Below are positions 50,757 to 60,867 of a stretch of DNA of 64,000 bases, piece after piece. The position numbers and the translations under genes were made by a program. Location of the stretch: the IMG/VR virus record IMGVR_UViG_3300001460_000016, positions 1-64,000 of that record; one strand, written 5' to 3'. The notes under the pieces were generated by a model that made no database searches, was not told where the DNA came from, and was given only the letters and a program-made list of their open reading frames with translations. The stretch's first letter is position 1, and every line of letters starts with the position of its first letter. Origin of the DNA: a virus.

Positions 50757-53700
50757 GCGAGGGCAATCGTCCTTAAGTCTTTAACTCTTGGAACAACCGC
50801 AGTATTTAGTGGAGCTCCGTCGGCGTACATACAAACCTTGATTGTAAATTTACCCATTGCTTCCGTTAGGTCTGTGGGTAAGTTATACTCTACTTCTCTA
50901 AATCCATCAAATGTTCCTGTTGTTGATGCAGTCAACTGAACGTATGGTTCATTCTCGAACGGTGCATCTTCGCCCGCTGGTTGTTGTTTCAGAAACACCT
51001 GTATATCAGTGTTTTGTGGTTTATACTCGTTCAAGATTACTCTGATATTCTTAGACTCAAACCCGTCCGCGAGGTTTACCTGTCGTGAGATATAACGAGC
51101 TCTTGGAACTGATCCAGTTGAAACTGGTTTTGCCTGTGGATCTAGTTCACCATTGTTGTTGGACCCACCCGGCGTTAAGTCCTTGGCACCTTCAATAATG
51201 TTCTCAACTGATATAAGACTTATCTGATCCAGATCAAATACCGGCGACACATGATCATCTGTTCCAGAAATCGTAGCGTTTAGAATCAATGTTTCGTTCG
51301 TGTCAGATGCGTTAAGATTAATCTTACGAGAACTATCGAACGAGAATGATTCGTTCGTCGTTACTGCAAATTCTGTACTCGTTGCTGAGACATTTGATGG
51401 ATTGTTTGGTGTAAATCTCATCTTAATATCGAAACGACTTTCAGGCCAGTTTGTAACTTCAGCGTTCAAGTTACCCGTGTCGAGTTTAATTTCATCTGTG
51501 TAACCGCCAGAACCTTTTTCTTCCTTCAGGGTAAGAACATTCAAACCACCGGAAGTAAACTTACACTTACTTACCTGCATCATGAGATCCGCAGTCGTAT
51601 CTGCTTCCCACTTACCAGCATTTTCAGATCGGAAAAGTGATCCGAGATTTGGTTGTTCTGTAACAGGAATCTCGGTTCCAATCTGCTTGTCACCCATGAC
51701 TGCAATGTATGTGGAGTATTCGTCACTGTTTGTCTTGAGCGATACAGCATGTTCACCGGGTAGTAGATATACTGGCGAAGAGAATGTGAATGTAGTGGCA
51801 GAACCAACACTCGCAACATCTGGACTTTCAGTAATGTTTACTTCAGATGCGTTCTTAACCACTTCCGCAAACGGGTACACTATAGAAGAACTTGGGTATC
51901 CATTTGAAGTTGGTCGAAGTTGAAGAGTAACTGGTAGTGTGCTTGATTTACTCTTGAAGTAAATGCTTACCTTATCAACATAAACACCGTTAGGGTATTC
52001 TGATGGTGATACGAAGAATGTCTGTGATACTGGATTAGTTGGTGAACTTTCATTCACGAAGAGATCCGTGTCCGTATCAGTTATGATTCTTTCCTCATTT
52101 ACACTCTTGCGAATTAGATTTGGTTTACGAGTTGTGATTGTAATATCTTCTCTCGTATCAACTAATCCCTCTACAGGATATATCATTTCCGCACTTGTGT
52201 TCGCGGCAGAAACAACATTAGTTGCACTATCCGTGAGTCGGAATAGTTTCTCACCAACTCGGAATTGTCCAGTTGGAATGTTGAATGTCAAACTAACACT
52301 AGAAGGAATCGAACCGGTAGAATCTGTAATTAAATCAGCTTCGGTTAATCTGTAAGTATTACTACCACTTATGAATGTGCAGTGTTCGTCTACATTCGCT
52401 CCATCGAAGAATGCGTGAACCTTTGTATTTGGTCGAAGATTTGTAGCAGTGATTGCAATACTTTTCGATCTAACGAAAGGTACTACACTGAGATCTACGA
52501 ACATACTTCCAATTTCTTTTACGATTCTTTCTGGAACCATTCGAGTTTCAATTCCAGTGCGAAGTTGCCTACTGGAGGTAACATCAGTTGTTCTTGAAAT
52601 TCCCTTTGCATTCTTATTCAGAATTGTATCGGACATTGACTCGGAACCAACCCAGTTCGTCTTCCAATCATTCCACTGAGTTCCAAATGCTTTTGATCCA
52701 AGAACCTTCCACGCATCGTTTTCGCCTTCTATATTCACAAGAACATCTGGGTTCTGTGTGTCATCGTACCAGTTGTCTGATGGCGGAGTCAATTTAGCTC
52801 GACCTAACCAGTTTGTAACGGTAAACGGATTGAGATTTACTGTTGATGTGGACAATGGTTGAGTATTGAGTGATTCACTGGTAAATGGTAACATAACCAG
52901 ATTATCTGATGTCTTATGAAGACTGTTAAGTGTCTTCACATTAAAATCAACACTGCGTGAAGTAAATGGTGATCTTAGTTCTTGGTTCTCAAAGTCCATT
53001 GCAACATTATAATCTTCGTTCTTTACATCACCGATATTGTGACCAGAGAATTGATCAACAATGATACCGTTCTTGAATCTATCATTGCCATTTTCATCTT
53101 TGATAAACAGGGATTCTGTTTGTCTTTCGAGAAGAGAAAGTGTACTGTAGTATTCAATCTGTTGAATTCTTCGTTCAAGTCTACCAATATCTCGCATGGT
53201 AAATCTCTTGTTCTCGATGAATTTGGAGATTACATCTGTTGATTTGTATGTGTAGGCAGGAATATAGAACTTATAAAGTTCCATTGCATCGACAACCTTA
53301 TCTGGGGTTGTGGGTTCTAGTGCGGGAACACCTTGAATTACCTTGAATTCTTTGTCTCTTGTAAGAACGAGTTTATCGATTCTTGGAAGGAAGTAAGAAT
53401 ATGAGATATTAAACGACTGTCCACTTGCAGGTAAGAACACTGCATCGAAACTAGTTCCATTAAACGTCGGACGGAAATCAATAACCTTATTTAGATTAAT
53501 CACTTCGCCACTATCGGGTGATGTGTATTCTGGAATGTCATCGAATGTGAATTTAATTTCACCGGAAGCAGGAGAGTCGTTGATGTATGATTCGGAAACG
53601 AATGGTCCAATACCACTATGTTCGAAATACCTATACACTACACTAATAGGACCGGCGAGGTTTGCCTTTTTATCTTTAACATCCGCAACAGTTCCAGCTG

Positions 53701-56700
53701 ATTCTAAACCATTATTTGAGATGTACAATCTACCATTCTGGTAAAGATTATCTCGTTGTCCGTTGTCCAGTGAGAATAAGTTAAATACATCGGCGGTTGC
53801 TGAAATACCTCCATCGAAGGCAGAAACGAATGAGTAGATATCATTATTCGATAATTCGAAGTATTTCAATCCAGTGGCTGATGTTTTAATATCACCTGTT
53901 GCGAGTGTGGTTGAAACTTCTTTTAGTTTCTTGAATCTAATTGGACTTGTGGTAATACTTTCACCCGGATTTACATCCAACATGGCAATAAGATCAAACT
54001 TGGTAGTATCTGGATATGTCCCAGTACCACCGCCAGTGTTCTTGGTTACAGTTAATTTGCCTAGGTCACCGAAATCTGTGTTGTTGGTTCTAAGTGTAAA
54101 GGCATCTGAGAACAGATCCATAATCTTACCATTATTATCTACCATGATATAGTTGTTTAGATCAGTTCCATCTACTACACCACCAGAAACTCCACCTCCT
54201 ACGAATCGAATATTAGAATTTCCGGAAGAAGCCTCGGCAGATAGATCACTAGGATTATCAAAGGTTATTGGGAATGACTTGATTACTCTGTAGTCAAGAG
54301 AATTAATTGTCTTGACCACATCTCCTACTGGAACTGGGAAAACTAACTTGTTCTGATCAGGATTGAATACCTTACCAATATAAGTTGGATGAACATCAAA
54401 CAGTTTACCGCCGGCGGATTGAACTAATCCAGCTCTGTTTGTTTGTTTTGCGAATCCATAAAAAGCTGAGTTCATTTCATTTAGGAAGAACTTAACACCG
54501 GATCTCTTGTTGCCCATATTCACATCAAAGAGTGAAACTTGTTGAGCGTCATTTGATTGTTCTTGAATTTGCCTAATTCTTGCTGTACCAATAGTAACTG
54601 GAACCTGCGTTGTAGTATATTGATCCATAGAAGAACCAGCAGTACCAAGGAATCCATTGAAGTATGCACCGTTTAGTCCATAAGAATTCTGAACGGTCGT
54701 GACTTTACCTGTTGGACTTGGAACAAATCCAGTTACACCAGATGATACCGAGAGAGTTCCTTCTAAAATTGGTTTTGCATTTGCACCAACCTCGAAAGAA
54801 GCACCATTAGTTGAATCTAACTCAATGAGAAGTGTTGTGTCTTGAACGTCAGCAGAATTTCCTGAGTTCCTTGCCGTGAAATTTACCACCGTACCAGTTG
54901 CGTATTTGGTTGGTTGTGATCCCGGAACATTCTGAGTAACTTTCTCACCGACCGAATAGAATCGACCGGGAACAAAATTACTCTTGGACTGTAGAAGTTG
55001 AGTTCCTGTTTCACCTTCAGTATATGAACCAAAACCATTGAAATTAGCAGTTGTAATATTATAAGGTCCAGCCACATCAACGATATTACTAAAGTTTTCT
55101 GAAACGTCACTATTTGAATTTATACCATTTCCACCATATCCAACGAAAGCCATATCACATGATGTATCTCTAAGACCATATATATAACCAAGATCGCGTT
55201 GGAATCCTTGGAAACCTGTGCAGATTTCTAATAGGAGTCTGTTTTGACTATTATCCCAACTGATTACGTTACCCTTATTGATTATGTTTGGGTCACCAAT
55301 ATAATTATTATAATCAATTCTCGAATTGTCCCAGTCATTATATGTAAACTGAACGACTAGTTGTCCGTGCTTATACGAAGTAGAAACAGTTCCACTGTCA
55401 ATCAATCCCGACGCAGTTTGATTGTCAACCGCAGCTGATCCGGCATTGAAGTCTGCATCAACTTTACCTTCGTCCTGAAGTACATTTAGATATCCATCAC
55501 CAACAATACCGGGATCGTCTGATTCGAATCTGATCTCTTGTACTGACATGTCAGCAGTAAAACCTGGCCTCAATCCATAATGGAATTGGTAATCTACGGT
55601 TGCTCCACTTGAAGGAGCAGAAGTGGAAACTAAGTCTATAAGACCATTAAATCCAACGGTACAACCAGCTCCGAAACAACCATCACATGTATTACCAAAT
55701 GCGTAGTTAGGAAGAACTCCGGGATAGGAAAGACTACTAAAACCACAAGATGCTGCAAAGTTTACACCTGATACCTGTTCGGCATAAAGAATAGGACCAT
55801 TTACAGTTAGTACCCAACCAACAACTTCAGCTATTGCTTCTGACAAATTATTTGGATCAGTGTAAGCATATCCACCACCAGAAGCACCGAGTGTAAAACC
55901 TCCGGCCGCCGGACTTCCGGTTGCTCCATATTGGAATTGTCTCACTACATCACCAATTGCAAAGTTAGATGCAGAGTTGTAACCATTCTGACCAGTAACA
56001 TAAGCATCCGCAACTGGAAATGCGTATATATTTTTATTAATGATGGAGTTGATACTAGACCCATATGAAACTGGACTGCAACTTTGAGTTGAACCACTAA
56101 TTCCAGCCCAACCCTGTTGAATAACACCACCGGATTTCTCAAACCCTCCGGTCCCTGCTGATTGTAGAATCATCGAACTGCCAGATCTAAAGGTAACAGA
56201 CTCCGCTGGAACCCATCGTCTAGCAACACCACCAGCTCTAACGTAAGCATTTGGTCCGTTTCCTGCACCAAGATCGCCGTCAATATTACCCATAAAAACC
56301 TGTCGAACAAACGAACAAGTAGCACCGGGAGTTCCTATTTGACCTTTAAAGGAAGCATACTCATTTAAATTGGGTGCAATTCCTCGACCTATATTGTAGT
56401 TTACACCACTTCTATAATTCTGCCGAAAAGTTATTTTTTGTAGAAAACGGTCTGCACTTGCACCGGGAGAATTTGCACCGGAACTAACATAACCACCTTG
56501 ATTGTCAATTGCAGTCGGCAGATAATATGCGGATGATGCGGATCCCACAATTAAAGACGTATCTGATGATTCCATAGTAGCGGAAGCAAAATTATCGATA
56601 ACAAGAGCACTATCGAATGAACCGTCATGTTCTGTGGCAAACAAAGGAGCCCAATATCTAATGGTAGCTGTTCCTGCTTCATTGGCCCTATATGGAATGT

Positions 56701-58360
56701 TGACTTGAATGAACTTACCTTTAAGATCTACTTTGGGTAAATTGTTATATTCAAAGGGGCCATCTGTTCCTAATATAGAAACACCAGAATCGAATGGGTA
56801 ACTGTCAAATCTATTTCCAGAATATTTGATTGCTACATCATTGACGGGGAGTGCATCTGTCTCTGCAACGATAAAATTGCCTAAATTAGCATTTAGATTA
56901 GCACCAATTAAAGACTCGTCTGTTCTTGCTCTGTCCGAAGAGATATTTGTTTTAGATTGTGTTTCAAATTCATAACCAAAAACATAAGCCTTACCGGGAT
57001 TTATGGATACGGCCAACTTAGATGCAGTACCACCTTGTTCTGTACTGTAAATACCTGTCGAATCTGGCAAGAACGATATTGCGCTTACAGTTCCGGTAGC
57101 TGGATCTGGACTTCCATTGTTGGTCATGCTGATACCAGTTGCAAATCTCCCAGAATCCATGTCTACGATTAATCTCTGTGCGGTAGAACCGATGAAGTTT
57201 GTTCGATCTAATACATTGAGAACCTCAGCAGTAACACCATTATTGCTAACATTATCTCCAATACCAAAAGTTGCCGCGGCCGAACTTAGGGTAACATCTA
57301 CTTGATACTTGTCAATTCTAAGATTGTTTAGAATAGTAGCATTGAATGGTGTAACGGTATAGTTACCAGATTCGTCGAATGTTCTTCTTGCAAGTGTCTT
57401 TTCTAATTCAGCATATTGTGTCTTGCTATATCGTTTAGTAATCTTACCGTTTTCAACTCGAAGGACATCTACGAAGTCTTCGTCAATAAATTCAGACGGA
57501 GTATTCGTGGTAATGTTCAGAACCTTGGAACTGAAAACAGGATCTACTTGATACCGATCGGCACCGGGTGCAGAGTAGTTATAAGAACCCTTGGCAGGAT
57601 CGACAAGAGTAGGATCGTCGATGTTGTCAATAATCTTCTTGTTAATTTGAAGACCGACTCGGTTGGTTGGGAATTGATAAAGACGAACGCCCGCTGATGC
57701 ACCTGCCGCAGTTCCTTCTTCACCAGAAGATGGACTTTCAATTTGATTGGCTGTCGATAATCTAAAAGGTAAATTAGTTTGTGGGTTGATGTAAACGAAG
57801 AAACCGTCAACGTAGAACACACCAGTATCGATGGAACATGCCAGTGCATCGCCTGTTGGTGCAACTAAATCGGATGTTGTTGATTTTACTGCAAAGTTTA
57901 TATTCTGAGTTTCACTGTAAATTTGATCACCCAGACCGAATGAATCAGCAGCAGTTCCACCACCACTTAAATATTGAAGAAACACAACGGGGAAAGTATC
58001 TACACCAGTAGAGAGAGGAGCTTCTGTTGAAATTACTCTCGCTCGTAGATTTGATTTATCACCTGTACCAGTTAAGAAGTCACCGGCAATAAGAGCTCTG
58101 TTTGCTTCACTTAAACCTGTGGTGCGAACATAACCTACGTTCTTTTCTGTCAGACCAGAACCGAGAACCGGAGTTCCGTTCTTAAAGACATGATCTCCAA
58201 AACGCTCAATCTGTGTTTGAAGGGCGGTTTGGAGTTGAGTGAGTTCTCTTGCTTGAACGGCGAATCCTGGCTTGAAAAGAATCTTAAGATAATTCTTTGT
58301 CTTGTCAAAATCGTCGTAGTATGGATCTCCCGATGTTAATTCAGGGTCATATGAAGGCAT
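50753..58360 (-). CDS. Large VrlC/DUF4815-like baseplate or virion structural protein
   Basis: PYYDDFD..KNY.KILFKPG.AVQARELTQLQ, APGADR, LARRTFDESG.Y, RFTMRDIG.LE.RI..IEYY, RFKNG..VD.F and final PRVKDLRTIALA. Confidence 0.88.
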   Translation of the reverse strand: MPSYDPELTSGDPYYDDFDKTKNYLKILFKPGFAVQARELTQLQTALQTQIERFGDHVFKNGTPVLGSGLTEKNVGYVRTTGLSEANRALIAGDFLTGTGDKSNLRARVISTEAPLSTGVDTFPVVFLQYLSGGGTAADSFGLGDQIYSETQNINFAVKSTTSDLVAPTGDALACSIDTGVFYVDGFFVYINPQTNLPFRLSTANQIESPSSGEEGTAAGASAGVRLYQFPTNRVGLQINKKIIDNIDDPTLVDPAKGSYNYSAPGADRYQVDPVFSSKVLNITTNTPSEFIDEDFVDVLRVENGKITKRYSKTQYAELEKTLARRTFDESGNYTVTPFNATILNNLRIDKYQVDVTLSSAAATFGIGDNVSNNGVTAEVLNVLDRTNFIGSTAQRLIVDMDSGRFATGISMTNNGSPDPATGTVSAISFLPDSTGIYSTEQGGTASKLAVSINPGKAYVFGYEFETQSKTNISSDRARTDESLIGANLNANLGNFIVAETDALPVNDVAIKYSGNRFDSYPFDSGVSILGTDGPFEYNNLPKVDLKGKFIQVNIPYRANEAGTATIRYWAPLFATEHDGSFDSALVIDNFASATMESSDTSLIVGSASSAYYLPTAIDNQGGYVSSGANSPGASADRFLQKITFRQNYRSGVNYNIGRGIAPNLNEYASFKGQIGTPGATCSFVRQVFMGNIDGDLGAGNGPNAYVRAGGVARRWVPAESVTFRSGSSMILQSAGTGGFEKSGGVIQQGWAGISGSTQSCSPVSYGSSINSIINKNIYAFPVADAYVTGQNGYNSASNFAIGDVVRQFQYGATGSPAAGGFTLGASGGGYAYTDPNNLSEAIAEVVGWVLTVNGPILYAEQVSGVNFAASCGFSSLSYPGVLPNYAFGNTCDGCFGAGCTVGFNGLIDLVSTSAPSSGATVDYQFHYGLRPGFTADMSVQEIRFESDDPGIVGDGYLNVLQDEGKVDADFNAGSAAVDNQTASGLIDSGTVSTSYKHGQLVVQFTYNDWDNSRIDYNNYIGDPNIINKGNVISWDNSQNRLLLEICTGFQGFQRDLGYIYGLRDTSCDMAFVGYGGNGINSNSDVSENFSNIVDVAGPYNITTANFNGFGSYTEGETGTQLLQSKSNFVPGRFYSVGEKVTQNVPGSQPTKYATGTVVNFTARNSGNSADVQDTTLLIELDSTNGASFEVGANAKPILEGTLSVSSGVTGFVPSPTGKVTTVQNSYGLNGAYFNGFLGTAGSSMDQYTTTQVPVTIGTARIRQIQEQSNDAQQVSLFDVNMGNKRSGVKFFLNEMNSAFYGFAKQTNRAGLVQSAGGKLFDVHPTYIGKVFNPDQNKLVFPVPVGDVVKTINSLDYRVIKSFPITFDNPSDLSAEASSGNSNIRFVGGGVSGGVVDGTDLNNYIMVDNNGKIMDLFSDAFTLRTNNTDFGDLGKLTVTKNTGGGTGTYPDTTKFDLIAMLDVNPGESITTSPIRFKKLKEVSTTLATGDIKTSATGLKYFELSNNDIYSFVSAFDGGISATADVFNLFSLDNGQRDNLYQNGRLYISNNGLESAGTVADVKDKKANLAGPISVVYRYFEHSGIGPFVSESYINDSPASGEIKFTFDDIPEYTSPDSGEVINLNKVIDFRPTFNGTSFDAVFLPASGQSFNISYSYFLPRIDKLVLTRDKEFKVIQGVPALEPTTPDKVVDAMELYKFYIPAYTYKSTDVISKFIENKRFTMRDIGRLERRIQQIEYYSTLSLLERQTESLFIKDENGNDRFKNGIIVDQFSGHNIGDVKNEDYNVAMDFENQELRSPFTSRSVDFNVKTLNSLHKTSDNLVMLPFTSESLNTQPLSTSTVNLNPFTVTNWLGRAKLTPPSDNWYDDTQNPDVLVNIEGENDAWKVLGSKAFGTQWNDWKTNWVGSESMSDTILNKNAKGISRTTDVTSSRQLRTGIETRMVPERIVKEIGSMFVDLSVVPFVRSKSIAITATNLRPNTKVHAFFDGANVDEHCTFISGSNTYRLTEADLITDSTGSIPSSVSLTFNIPTGQFRVGEKLFRLTDSATNVVSAANTSAEMIYPVEGLVDTREDITITTRKPNLIRKSVNEERIITDTDTDLFVNESSPTNPVSQTFFVSPSEYPNGVYVDKVSIYFKSKSSTLPVTLQLRPTSNGYPSSSIVYPFAEVVKNASEVNITESPDVASVGSATTFTFSSPVYLLPGEHAVSLKTNSDEYSTYIAVMGDKQIGTEIPVTEQPNLGSLFRSENAGKWEADTTADLMMQVSKCKFTSGGLNVLTLKEEKGSGGYTDEIKLDTGNLNAEVTNWPESRFDIKMRFTPNNPSNVSATSTEFAVTTNESFSFDSSRKINLNASDTNETLILNATISGTDDHVSPVFDLDQISLISVENIIEGAKDLTPGGSNNNGELDPQAKPVSTGSVPRARYISRQVNLADGFESKNIRVILNEYKPQNTDIQVFLKQQPAGEDAPFENEPYVQLTASTTGTFDGFREVEYNLPTDLTEAMGKFTIKVCMYADGAPLNTAVVPRVKDLRTIALA

Positions 58361-58374
58361 GTTTCTATTACTCC

Positions 58375-60843
58375 CTAAAAGTCAATTACGACTTTGATTT
58401 CTTCGTCTTGATCTGGATTTCTTTGCACTGGTCTTACGTTCTCTATGTATAACACTTGTCCGGTATTTCTGAGGAATTCCGGTATAGTTGTTCCTAGAAC
58501 TTCACCAGTAAAACCATTCAGTGAAATTACATTTCCTGCTGTCAGTGAACCAATTGTAGATGTTAGGAACATGTCTACGGTACTTCCGGCCGGTCCTGAA
58601 GTTGTTCCTGTTGCATAACCAAAACTTACTAGTGTAGAACTAAACTGGTTTGCGTTTGCGTTAACGGATAAGTCAAGAAGACTTGCACTAAGTTGGAATT
58701 GCGGACTAGTAAAGAACGACTGTACCTTAGTTGTAAGTCTATGTGACTCATCAATATTTACTGGTTGACTTTCAGTTTTGGTAATAGTTCCTACTGGAGA
58801 ATTGCTTAGTTGAACTGTGCCATCTTCTAATAGTGATCGGAAACCAAATACCTTTTCGCCATCTAGTTGAGTTCCGAGTGCAACGCGAGGAGCAATAAAC
58901 GAACCAACTTTATTCGTGAGTGTCATAGTTCCTCGTTCACCATCTGCATCAGCAACGAATCGAGTTACTTTGGCAGTAGAACCGGAGTCCATACCGTACA
59001 CAATAGATCCGATTGGGAATGATTCATTGACGAATGTCTTACTATGTGTTACGGAATCTACAAAACCACCGAAACTATTTCCGTCTCCGCCAAATGTGTA
59101 ACCGGTTCCTGTTGTTTCTCCATAGAAAATTCTACCGGAGGTAACGGAACTTGGTCGTTCATCTGGAATTACACAAGCTCTAAATGACCCGTTATCTACA
59201 GACACGGTTAGTTTACCGGCGGTATCTGGAATCCAATTAGTCACTGTTCCTCTTGCCTGTGTTGTGCTGTATTCACCTTGATGAATCTTTTGTCCAACAA
59301 CAAATGCGTCTACTGGGTGAGTCATTCCCGGTGTTCCCACTGTATGGAAATCTATAACAGCAGTATTATTTTCGTTTCGTATTCTTACATCGGTAAAGTT
59401 CGGTGTTGCAGTTCCCGCAACGAATCCAGCAGTAACTCCCGCAGTCCATCCTGCAAGTTGTGGGTTCTTAATGATTGAGAATTTTCTAAAATCATTAAGA
59501 ACATCAAACGCTCCACCTTCCGAACCCTTCAACAGTGTTCGAATCATTACTTTGTTTGCACCTAATTCGTATGGGGCATTGGAACCATGTCCACCTAGTG
59601 GCGAACCAACTGCGGAAGCTTGGAATCCAATTCCAGCAGCAGTGGAACCTGATGGAGTCAACATCTGAATTGAGGGATCAGTAATACCGGATCCGGGATC
59701 AAGAACTCGAATGTCAGTTATTACCTTCGTAGTGTCTACAATACCATCGGTATCTCTAGGTATACTAACATCAGTAGAGAAAGAAATTCCCTGAAACACT
59801 GGATAGACAACAGCGTTCTGTTCAGATGTATTCCCAGTTCCACTTGCAACATAGATGTAAGGTACAATATTAAAATACGCCGGGGTACTGGAACTTGGTA
59901 CAAACGATGGGGTATTTTCAAACCTTGTAGTGAAAACATCTCCACCAGATGTTCCGAGAATTTTCTTATAGAAACCTATTTTAGTATAGGAAGTTGGATT
60001 ATTCGGTACATTATCTGTTCCCATATCAAGATCAGTTAGTGCCCAGTCTGTATACTGTCCGGCGGCATATGAATTGTTTACTGTCCATTTGCAAGCATCT
60101 ACGTCTCCGAGTGGAGTAGGGAATACTGATGTGTTATCCAAACCATAAACTGAATGCTTTATGTAGAATGTTCCATCAGAACTATTTCCCTTCCTCATTA
60201 TTTCTGATCCGGACCAGTAACTTCCAGAACGATCTAGTTTAACTCCGAATACTCCACCATTCGAGGCATTTTCCTGAACCTCTCGTTGAAGGTATTCGAT
60301 TGTTCCAATCTTGGTAGTGGAACCTGCAACCGAAACGGGAATATAATCGTCGGTGACAAAATCTAAATCTTCTTCTTTGAGTTGATACATGAACTGCCAA
60401 GAATAACCATCGGCACCGGGAGTTTGATAATCTGGATAAGTATGTGTTGGTTGAACTGTAGACGCAGTAGAACCTGCATTATTATCAAGACACTTATAGA
60501 CTCGATACTGTGGTGTCATTACATAGAACGGTTTTGATTCGTATGTCGCAGATCGAAAGATCTCATTCGTATCTGAGAATTGAGAATATGTTACTCCAGA
60601 TGTCCAGTCGTATCTTTTTGCTACGAGTCTCGCATCTTTACTTGTAATTTTCTTTGCAGCGATAGCAGAAGACCAAGAACTAAATTGGTTACTAGACGTA
60701 TCCATAGAAGTTGGTGGTGTGTTTTCGTTTGGCCATGTTTCTGGCCGAGAAATCATCAGAAAGAAAGAATCCGAGTCACTTGAAAAGTCATCAAGAAACG
60801 ATTCTGCTGCTGATACATTGAAAGAAAATTGCAAGTTGGACAT
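58375..60843 (-). CDS. 8: Baseplate wedge protein gp8 (expanded)
   Basis: RYDW.SG..Y, FYVM...YRVYKCLDN, DGYSW.FMY, SP.GGHG.NA..ELG and G.VLYIEN..P..R..DQ.E.IK.VI.F. Confidence 0.9.
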   Translation of the reverse strand: MSNLQFSFNVSAAESFLDDFSSDSDSFFLMISRPETWPNENTPPTSMDTSSNQFSSWSSAIAAKKITSKDARLVAKRYDWTSGVTYSQFSDTNEIFRSATYESKPFYVMTPQYRVYKCLDNNAGSTASTVQPTHTYPDYQTPGADGYSWQFMYQLKEEDLDFVTDDYIPVSVAGSTTKIGTIEYLQREVQENASNGGVFGVKLDRSGSYWSGSEIMRKGNSSDGTFYIKHSVYGLDNTSVFPTPLGDVDACKWTVNNSYAAGQYTDWALTDLDMGTDNVPNNPTSYTKIGFYKKILGTSGGDVFTTRFENTPSFVPSSSTPAYFNIVPYIYVASGTGNTSEQNAVVYPVFQGISFSTDVSIPRDTDGIVDTTKVITDIRVLDPGSGITDPSIQMLTPSGSTAAGIGFQASAVGSPLGGHGSNAPYELGANKVMIRTLLKGSEGGAFDVLNDFRKFSIIKNPQLAGWTAGVTAGFVAGTATPNFTDVRIRNENNTAVIDFHTVGTPGMTHPVDAFVVGQKIHQGEYSTTQARGTVTNWIPDTAGKLTVSVDNGSFRACVIPDERPSSVTSGRIFYGETTGTGYTFGGDGNSFGGFVDSVTHSKTFVNESFPIGSIVYGMDSGSTAKVTRFVADADGERGTMTLTNKVGSFIAPRVALGTQLDGEKVFGFRSLLEDGTVQLSNSPVGTITKTESQPVNIDESHRLTTKVQSFFTSPQFQLSASLLDLSVNANANQFSSTLVSFGYATGTTSGPAGSTVDMFLTSTIGSLTAGNVISLNGFTGEVLGTTIPEFLRNTGQVLYIENVRPVQRNPDQDEEIKVVIDF

Positions 60844-60859
60844 TTATTATTCCTTAGTT

Positions 60860-60867
60860 TATTTATA
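60860..60867 (-). promoter_or_regulatory. Late promoter TATAAATA (gp8)
   Basis: Exact consensus in a 24-nt intergenic gap. Confidence 0.75.
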
